Shown: positions 52,837 to 61,588 of the stretch, one piece after another | Numbering within the stretch: the first letter of the stretch is position 1 | Layout: each line of letters starts with the position of its first letter | NCBI GenBank assembly: GCA_028826165.1 | Contig: JAPDFW010000005.1 | Location: 1-64,000, forward strand | Reading direction: 5' to 3' | DNA: 64,000 bases | From: Anaeramoeba ignava BMAN | Lineage: Eukaryota; Protista; Anaeramoebae | Notes under the pieces: generated by a model | The model's input: the letters and a program-made list of their open reading frames with translations, nothing else | Told to the model about the DNA's origin: nothing | Database searches by the model: none | Translations under genes and position numbers: made by a program

Positions 52837-55278
52837 TTATTTTTTATCTTTATTTTCATTTTCATTTTCATTTTCATTTTCATCAAAAACAAAATATTGT
52901 TTAAGAATATGAGCAGATTTTTGAGAAATAGTTTTATTTTTATGATTTTGAAGGAATTGAATTTTATTAAAACCACCAAATTCTTCAATAGGAATTAAAT
53001 AAGGATTTTGGTCTAAATCTTTTTCAATAAAAACTTGATTTCCAATAAATAAAATTTTTGAGATTGAATCCAAACTAAGAATAATAGTTGAAATATCATC
53101 AAGATCTAACATTTCACATAAAGGTTCAATATAACCTTCATAAATCAATAGAAAAATATCTTCATTTTCTCCTTGAAATGCTATATTTGCTAAACACCAT
53201 GAAGCATCAATTCTAACACTATATTCATCTTGTTTTAAGATTTTAATAAGAATTGGTACCATTCCATAATTTACTACTTCTCTCATTTGATGAAATGAAC
53301 CTCCTGTTATATTTGAGATTATCCAACAAGCTTCTTTTCTAAATTTTTTAATTATTAATATTAATTTTAATTTTATCCGATTTTAATTTTAATTTTAATT
53401 TTAATTTTAATTTTAATTTCAATTTTAACTCTAATTTTAATTTTATAAATGAATTTTATATTTTAATTTTATAAATGAATTTTATATTTTAATTTTATAA
53501 ATGAATTTTAATTTTAATTTACAAACCTAATCATTTCTCGACTACTAAAAAGTAAAGACTTTAATTGATTTAATATTCCTAAATCAAGAAGATATTGAGT
53601 TTGTTCTTCATATCCTGTAATGATATTTCCAATTATTTTTAAAGCTGGTGTTGAAATTCTAGAATTTGGATGACTTTTTTTAAAAAGAAAAAAAAATAAA
53701 CTTATTTATTTTAAAAAAAACAAACAAAATAAAATTTACTCAAGAAAATTTATAATTTTAGGACAAATATTTAAATCAATAATTTCTTGAAGATTATCTA
53801 TTGAATCTTCTGATAAATTTGAAATTATCCAACAAGTATTTGCAATAATTTCTAAATCATCAAAACTAAGTAAGTTTTCAACAATTTGAAAAAAAGGTAA
53901 AAACTTTATTTTTTTAAAAATTTTAAAAATCGGAAAAAAATTTTTTAAAATCGGAAAAAAATTTTTCAATTAAAATTTAATTTAAAATTTTTTAAATATT
54001 TTAAACTTTTTAAAAATACAAACATATTCAAAATCTGGAGATGGTTTTCTTGTTGTTAAATTCAAAATAAATAAAGTTACACAATTTATCATTTTAAAAT
54101 CATTCACTTGATTTAAAAAATTTATAATTTTGTTAATAATATCAAATGATAAAATAAAATCACGATATTCAATATTTTCAAAAGAAATATTATTTAATAA
54201 TAAAATAATCTAAAAAATAAATAATAAATAAATAAATAATAAATACATTTATTTAATTTTATTTGTTTTTATTTGTTTTTATTTTTTATTTTTTTTTTTA
54301 CTTGTTCTTGAATTTTTGAATTATTAAAATCTAAAGAATTAAATAATTCAATTAAAGTTTTTATTCCATCATTTTCAACAACAGAATGAATTGATTTATC
54401 AGAATAATTTGTGATTTTTGTTAAAATAGAAAGGATTTCAAACTAAAATAATTTTAAATTTTATATTTAAAATTTTAAATTTTAAATTTTAATTTTAATT
54501 TTAATTTTATAAATGAATTTTAATTTACTCGAATATCTAAATTTGAATTATTTAATAAATGAACTAATAAAGGAACTTTCCCTGATTCAAATAAAAATTC
54601 AACTGATTTTCTTGAATCCAAATCATTTTTTAATTCTTTTAAAAATTGAAGTAAATTTTGATCATCAAATTGATTAATTTTATCAAAATTTTGAATCATT
54701 TGAATCAACTTTTTTTTTTTAAGAAAAATATAAATTTTGATTTTGATTTTGATTTAAATTTTTGATTTTGATTTTGATTTTGATTTGAATTTTTGATTTT
54801 GATTTGAATTTTTGATTTTGATTTAAATTTAAATTTTGATTTTGATTTAAATTTGAATTTTGATTTTGATTTAAATTTGAATTTTGATTTTGATTTTGAT
54901 TTAAATTTGAATTTTGATTTGAATTTTGATTTTGATTTAAATTTAAATTTTGATTTTGATTTAAATTTAAATTTAAATTTTGATTTTGATTTAAATTTGA
55001 ATTTTGAATTTTGATTTAAATTTAAATTTTGATTTTGATTTAAATTTGAATTTTGATTTTGATTTAAATTTGAATTTTGATTCAAAACTTAATACAGTTT
55101 CTGGAATTTTTGTTTTTTCATCTTCTTGAATTAAACTTCTTTTATTCATAATTAAATATTCTTTTTTATTTTTACTAATTTTAATTGTAATTTCATGTCT
55201 TTTATTTTTAGCTTCTTTTAAATCAATTCTTTTTTTATTATTTCTAACTCTTTCTTTAATTCTTTTTTGATAACTCAT
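52837..55278 (-). CDS. KPNA: Importin subunit alpha, divergent (7 exons)
   Basis: IBB-like N-terminus (KRHEITIKISKNKKEYLIMNKR), PALKIIGNIITG..QTQ, KEACWIISNITGG and IEEFGGFNKIQFLQNHKN. Confidence 0.9.
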
Positions 55279-55283
55279 TTTAT

Positions 55284-55326
55284 AAAAAAAATGAAAAAAT
55301 GAAAAAATGAAAAAATGAAAAAAAAA
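55284..55326 (-). promoter_or_regulatory. Tandem TTTTTTCAT Inr-like array upstream of importin alpha
   Basis: Four copies (ATGAAAAA on +) directly upstream of the minus-strand ATG at 55278. Confidence 0.65.
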
Positions 55327-55360
55327 TTTTATTAATTTTTTCTTTTAAAAAAAATTTTGA

Positions 55361-55697
55361 TTAAAAAATTCTTTTTGATTTTTTGAATTTTGATTTTGAT
55401 TTTGATTTTGGATGAAATGTTCTTAGATTTTGTCTATATTGTTGTTCTTGAATTGCATATTCTAAATGATTTTCATTTTTTTTATTAATACTAAAATCCA
55501 AAAGAAAATCAGCAAGATTATCAATTGATTTTTCATCTTTTTCAGAAATTTCATCATGTTTTATAAATTCGGGATTTAATCTTCCAAGACGAGCTCTATT
55601 ACCTCCAGTTGCATAATGAGGAATATTTGCTTTTTTATTTCTGATCCAAACATGTTTTGTAACTTTTTTTGGATTTGATTCTTTTATTTCTTGTTTG

Positions 55698-55739
<42 letters not shown>

Positions 55740-57042
55740 GGTTTGGAATATAAATTTGGTGTTGAATCCCAATTATATTCTTTATTATTTTCTACAGGAA
55801 CTAGATAAATTTTTGAATCCCAAAGATCTTCTTCTTTGTAATTATTTGAATTTGAATTTGAATTTGAATTTGAATTTGAATTTGAATTTGAATTTGAATT
55901 TGAATTTGAATTTGAATTTGAATTTGAATTTGAATTTGAATTTGAATTTGAATTTGAATTTGAATTTGAATTTGAATTTGAATTTGAATTTGAATTTGAA
56001 TTTGAATTTGAATTTGAATTTGAATTTGAATTTGAATTTGAATTTGAATTTGAATCCCAATCGTTTATATTTGAATTTCTATTTAAATTTAAATTTGAAT
56101 TTGAATTTGAATCCCAATCGTTTATATTTGAATTTCTATTTAAATTTAAATTTGAATTGAAATGAATTTTGAATTTGAATCCCAATCGTTTTATGAATTT
56201 GAATTTCTATTTGAAAATTTAAATTTAAATTTGAATTTGAATCCCAATCATTTATATTTGAATTTCTATTTGAATATGAATTTGAATTTGAATTTGAATT
56301 TGAATTTGAATTTGAATTTTGAATTTGAATTTCTATTTAAATTTGAATTTGAATCCCAATCATTTCTATTTGAATTTGAATATGAATTTGAATTTGAATT
56401 TGAATTTGAATTTGAATTTTAATTGAATTTGAATATGAATTTGAATATGAATTTGAATTTGAATTTGAATTTGAATTTGAATTTCTATTTAAATTTGAAT
56501 CCCAATCATTTCTATTTAAATTTAAATTTGAATTTGAATTTGAATTTGAATTTGAAGAATTTGGTTTATTTTGATATTTGAATTTGATTTGAATTTGAAT
56601 CCCAATCATTTCTATTTGAATTTGAATTTGAATTTCTATTTAAATTTGAATCCCAATTATTTCTATTTAAATTTAAATTTGAATTTGAATTTGAATCCCA
56701 ATCGTTTATATTTGAATATGAATTTGAATATGAATTTGAATATGAATTTAAATTTGAATTTGAATTTGAATCCCAATCGTTTATATTTGAATATGAATTT
56801 GAATTTGAATATGAATATGAATTTGAATATGAATTGAAATTGGAATCCCAATTATTTCTATTTGAATTTGAATATGAATTGGAATTGGAATTTGTTTGTG
56901 GTTTTGATTTTCCGATTGGGACTGAATTAGCGCTTGAAATAACAAATTTTCTGTTATTGAATTCTTTTATATTTTGTTGATTTTTTGAAAATGATTTTGT
57001 TTTTTGAGAATATTCGTTGTATTGATTTTTTCGGTAACTCAT
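55361..57042 (-). CDS. N/S-rich DWDS-repeat protein, paralog P (frameshifts in the repeat tract)
   Basis: ORFs 56566-57042 and 55361-56185. It shares the N-terminus with paralog Q and the C-terminal YATG..LGRLNPEFIKHDEISEKDEK block with Q and R. Confidence 0.7.
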
Positions 57043-57057
57043 TTAAGCAAACAAAGG

Positions 57058-57126
57058 AAAAAAAAATGAAAAAATGGAAAAATGAAAAAAATGAAAAAAA
57101 TGAAAAAAATGAAAAAAATGAAAAAT
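57058..57126 (-). promoter_or_regulatory. Tandem Inr-like array upstream of paralog P (similar array at 59356-59412 for Q)
   Basis: About seven ATG(A/G)AAAA copies on the + strand. Confidence 0.6.
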
Positions 57127-57347
57127 AAAAAGAAATGAATGAAATGGAGATTTATTGAAATTGATTTTGAAATTGATTTTGATTTTGAAATTGGAAATTA
57201 TTTGAAATTGATTTTGAAATTGAAATTGAAATTGAAATTGAAATTGATTTTGATATTGATTTTGATATTGATTTTGATTTTGAAATGGAAATTGAAATTG
57301 ATTTTGATTTTGAAAATTATTTGAATTGAGAACGATTAAAATTTTGA

Positions 57348-59339
57348 TTAAAAAATTCTTTTTGATTTTTTGAATTTTGATTTTGATTTTGATTTTGGAT
57401 GAAATGCTCTTAGATTTTGTCTATATTGTTGTTCTTGAATTGCATATTCTAATTGATCATCATTTTTTTTATTAATACTAAAATCCAAAAGAAAATCAGC
57501 GAGATTATCAATTGGTTTTTCATCTTTTTCAGAAATTTCATCATGTTTTATAGATTCGGGATTTAATCTTCCAAGTTGAGTTTTATTAGTTCCAGTTGCA
57601 TAACGAGGTGGTTTTATTCTCATTCCAAAATAACCATCTTTTGATTTTGATTTTGATCTTGAATATGAATTTGAATATGAATTTGAATATGAATTTGAAT
57701 TTGAATTTGTTTTCCAATTATCATTTTGTTTTGTATTTTGATTTGAATCCCAATCATCATCTTGATTTTGATTTTGATTTTGATTTGAATTTTGATTTTG
57801 ATTTTTATTCCAATTATCATTTTGTTTTTGATTTGAATCCCAATCATCATCATTATCTTGATTTGAATTTTGATTTGAATTTTGATTTTGATTTGAATTT
57901 GAATTTTGATTCCAATCATCATTTTGTTTTGAATTTTGATTCCAATTATGATCATTATCTTGATTTGAATTTTGATTTGAATCCCAATTATCATTTTGAT
58001 TTGAATTTTGATTTGAATTTGAATTTGAATTTGAATTTAAATTTGAATTTGAATCCCAATTATCATCTGGATTTGAATTTGAATTTGAATTTGAATTTGA
58101 ATTTGATTTATTTTCTATTTGAATTGGATTTTTTTTTGAATCCATCATCATCATCTTCTTCTTTTGAATTATTTGGATTTGAATATGATTTTGATTTGAA
58201 TTTGAATTTGAATTTGAATTTGAATTTGATTTTGAATTTGAATCCCAATCATTTCTATTTGAATTTTGATTTTGATTCCAATTATTTCTTTGTCTATTTG
58301 AATTTGGATTTTTATTCGAATCAAATCTTGGTCTTGTTTGGAATTTATTTGTTTTCCATTTTCGATTCGGAATTGTAGAGTCATCTCTTGAAGGGAAAAA
58401 TCTACTTAAACCAGACTTAAAAGATTCTTTGTTACTTTTGTTTGATTTTGGATTTACTTTGACAATAATTGTTTCTCCATCAAATTGACGATTAGATTGT
58501 GAGTTTTGATATTCATTTTGATTTTCATTTTGATTTTGAATTTGATTTTGATATTGATTTTGATTTTGATATTGATTTTGATTTGAATCCCAATCATCAT
58601 TTTGTTTTGGATTTTGATTTGAATCCCAATCATCATTTTGATTTTGATTTTGATTTTGATTTTGATTTTGATTTTGATTTTGAATTTGAATTTGATTTTG
58701 ATTTTGATTTTGAATTTGATTTTGATTTTGATTTTGATTTTGATTTTGATTTTGATTTTGATTTTGATTTTGATTTGAATTTTGATTTGAATTTGAATTT
58801 GAACTCCAAAAACCACCTTTTTTAAGTGTTATTGATTTTGTTTTAGTTTCACTTTGAGACTCATTTTGTTTTTCATTTTGTTTTTCATTTTGTTTTTCAA
58901 TTATTTGATTTTGTTGATTTTGATTTTGTTGATTTTGAGCTTTGAATTGTTCTATTGATAAACTATTTGAATTTGAATTTGAATTTGAATTTGAATTTCT
59001 ATTTGAATTTGAAGATAAATTTGATTTATTTTCTACAGGAATTGAATAAATTTTTGAATCCCAAAGATCTTCTTCTTTGTAATTATTTGAATTTGAATTT
59101 GAATTTAAATTTGAATCCCAATTATTTCTATTTGAATTTGAATACCAATCATTTCTATTTGAATTTGAATATGAATTGGAATTGGAATTTGTTTGTGGTT
59201 TTGATTTTCCGATTGGGACTGAATTAGCGCTTGAAATAACAAATTTTCTGTTATTGAATTCTTTTATATTTTGTTGATTTTTTGAAAATGATTTTATTTT
59301 TTGAGAATATTCGTTGTATTGATTTCTTCGGTAACTCAT
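57348..59339 (-). CDS. N/Q-rich DDWDS-repeat protein, paralog Q
   Basis: 663-aa ORF with non-repetitive blocks shared with both neighbours; probable local frameshift near 58150-58190. Confidence 0.8.
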   Translation of the reverse strand: MSYRRNQYNEYSQKIKSFSKNQQNIKEFNNRKFVISSANSVPIGKSKPQTNSNSNSYSNSNRNDWYSNSNRNNWDSNLNSNSNSNNYKEEDLWDSKIYSIPVENKSNLSSNSNRNSNSNSNSNSNSLSIEQFKAQNQQNQNQQNQIIEKQNEKQNEKQNESQSETKTKSITLKKGGFWSSNSNSNQNSNQNQNQNQNQNQNQNQNQNQIQNQNQNQIQIQNQNQNQNQNQNQNQNDDWDSNQNPKQNDDWDSNQNQYQNQNQYQNQIQNQNENQNEYQNSQSNRQFDGETIIVKVNPKSNKSNKESFKSGLSRFFPSRDDSTIPNRKWKTNKFQTRPRFDSNKNPNSNRQRNNWNQNQNSNRNDWDSNSKSNSNSNSNSNSNQNHIQIQIIQKKKMMMMDSKKNPIQIENKSNSNSNSNSNSNPDDNWDSNSNLNSNSNSNSNQNSNQNDNWDSNQNSNQDNDHNWNQNSKQNDDWNQNSNSNQNQNSNQNSNQDNDDDWDSNQKQNDNWNKNQNQNSNQNQNQNQDDDWDSNQNTKQNDNWKTNSNSNSYSNSYSNSYSRSKSKSKDGYFGMRIKPPRYATGTNKTQLGRLNPESIKHDEISEKDEKPIDNLADFLLDFSINKKNDDQLEYAIQEQQYRQNLRAFHPKSKSKSKFKKSKRIF

Positions 59340-59728
59340 TTAAACAAACAAAGGAAAAAAAAATGAAAAAATGGAAAAATGAAAAAATGAAAAAAATGGA
59401 AAAATGAAAAATAAAAAGAAATGAATGAAATGGAGATTTATTGATATTGATTTTGAAATTGATTTTGATTTTGAAATTGGAAATTATTTGAAATTGATTT
59501 TGAAATTGAAATTGAAATTGATTTTAAAATTGATTTTGATATTGATTTTGATTTTGAAATGGAAATTGAAATTGATTTTGATATTGAAATTGATTTTGAA
59601 ATTGAAATTGAAATTGAAATTGATTTTGAAATTGATTTTGAAATTGAAATTGAAATTGGAATTGAAATTGATTTTGAAATTGATTTTGAAATTGAAATTG
59701 ATTTTGATATTGAAATTGATATTGAAAA

Positions 59729-61375
59729 TTATTTGAATTGAGAACGATTAAAATTTTGATTAAAAATTCGCTTTTGATTGAAACTTCGGTTCTTTTTCTT
59801 TTTTTTAGATTTAGATTTATATGAATTTTTTTGGAATTGTTTAAATTGTTCTTGTTGAATAGCACGATTTAATTGATTTTCGTTTTTTTTATTAGTGCTA
59901 AAATCCAAAAGATTATCAACAAGATTATCAATTGATTTTTCATCTTTTTCAGAAATTTCATCATGTTTTATAAATTCGGGATTTAATCTTCCAAGTTGAG
60001 TTTTATTGGCTCCAGTTGCATAACGAGGTGGTTTTCTTCTCATTCCAAAATAATCATCTTTTGATTTTGATTTTGATTTTGATTTTGATCTTGAATATGA
60101 ATTTGAATATGAATTTGAATATGAATATGAATTTGTTTTCCAATTATCATTTTGTTTTGGATTTTGATTTTGATTCCAATCATCATCATCATCATCTTGA
60201 TTTGAATTTTGATTTGAATCCCAATCATCATTTTGATTTTGATTTTTATTTTGATTTGAATTTTTATTTTGATTCCAATCATCATTTTGATTTTGATTTT
60301 GATTTTGATTTTGATTTTGATTCCAATCATCATTTTGTTTTGAATTTGAATTTTGATTCCAATTATCATTTTGATTTTCATTTTGATTTTGATTTTGATT
60401 TTTATTCCAATTATGATTTTGTTTTGGATTTGGATTTTGATTTTGATTCCAATTATTTCTTTGTCTATTTGAATTTGGATTTTTATTCCAATCAAATCTT
60501 GGTCTTCTTTGGAATTTATTTGTTTTCCATTTTCGATTCAGAATTGTAGAGTCATCTCTTGAAGGGAAAAATTTACTTAAACCAGACTTAAAAGATTCTT
60601 TGTTACTTTTGGTTGGTTTTGGATTTACTTTGACAGTAATTATTTTTCCATCAAATTGACGATTAGATTGTGAGTTTTGATATTGATTTGAATTTGAATT
60701 TTTATATTGATTTTGATTTTGATTTTGATTTTGATTTTGATTTTGATTTTGATTTTGATTTTGATTTTGATTTTGATTCCAATCATCATTTTGTTTTGAA
60801 TTTTTATTTTGATTCCAATTATCATTTTGATTTTGATTTTGATTTGAATTTGAATTTGAATTTGAATTTGAACTCCAAAAACCACCTTTTTTAAGTGTTA
60901 TTGATTTTGTTTTAGTTTCACTTTGAGACTCATTTTGTTTTTCATCTTGTTTTTCATTTTGTTTTTGAATCATTTGATTTTGTTGATTTTGAGCTTTGAA
61001 TTGTTCTATTGATAAACTATTTGGATTTGAATTTGGATTTGGATTTTGATTTTGATTTATATTAGTATTTAAACCTTCATTGAAATTTTGTTTTGGATAA
61101 TCATTTTTGTTTCTTTGATTTTTTTTTGAATAATTTTTTTGATTTTCTGAATAATTTTGATAACTTTTTGAATGATTTTGATAATTTCCTTGATTTCCTT
61201 GATAATTTGTTTGTTGATAATTTCCTTGATTTCCTGAATAATTTTGATAATTTTGTGAATAATTTCCTTGATTTCCTTGATTTCTTTGATAATTTTGTGA
61301 ATAATTTCCTTGATTTCCTGAATTTCTTGGAAATTTTCTTTGATTTCCTGAATTTCTTGAATAATTTTGACTCAT
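59729..61375 (-). CDS. N/Q-rich protein with GNQGNYSQNYQ prion-like repeats and DDW repeats, paralog R
   Basis: Intact 548-aa ORF with conserved blocks shared with Q and P. Confidence 0.8.
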   Translation of the reverse strand: MSQNYSRNSGNQRKFPRNSGNQGNYSQNYQRNQGNQGNYSQNYQNYSGNQGNYQQTNYQGNQGNYQNHSKSYQNYSENQKNYSKKNQRNKNDYPKQNFNEGLNTNINQNQNPNPNSNPNSLSIEQFKAQNQQNQMIQKQNEKQDEKQNESQSETKTKSITLKKGGFWSSNSNSNSNSNQNQNQNDNWNQNKNSKQNDDWNQNQNQNQNQNQNQNQNQNQNQNQYKNSNSNQYQNSQSNRQFDGKIITVKVNPKPTKSNKESFKSGLSKFFPSRDDSTILNRKWKTNKFQRRPRFDWNKNPNSNRQRNNWNQNQNPNPKQNHNWNKNQNQNQNENQNDNWNQNSNSKQNDDWNQNQNQNQNQNQNDDWNQNKNSNQNKNQNQNDDWDSNQNSNQDDDDDDWNQNQNPKQNDNWKTNSYSYSNSYSNSYSRSKSKSKSKSKDDYFGMRRKPPRYATGANKTQLGRLNPEFIKHDEISEKDEKSIDNLVDNLLDFSTNKKNENQLNRAIQQEQFKQFQKNSYKSKSKKKKKNRSFNQKRIFNQNFNRSQFK

Positions 61376-61380
61376 TATAA

Positions 61381-61512
61381 TTTGTGTTTGTTTTTGTTTT
61401 TGTTTTTGTTTTTGTTTTTGTTTTTGTTTTTGTTTTTGTTTTTGTTTTTGTTTTTGTTTTTGTTTTTGTTTTTGTGTGTTTGTGTTTGTGTTTGTTTTTG
61501 TGTGTTTGTTTT
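61381..61512. repeat. (GTTTTT)n microsatellite immediately upstream of paralog R
   Basis: Seen directly, within a divergent promoter gap. Confidence 0.9.
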
Positions 61513-61588
61513 TATTTTTGTTTTAAAAAAAAAAAAGGAAAAAAATGAATTTTTCATTTTTCATTTTTCATTTTTCTTTTAAAAAAAA

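Noticed and set aside
25302-61582. [24 protein letters not shown] and KIKIKI ORFs
   Set aside because: They are alternative-frame or antisense translations of hexamer microsatellites in introns or in Q/N-coding tracts.
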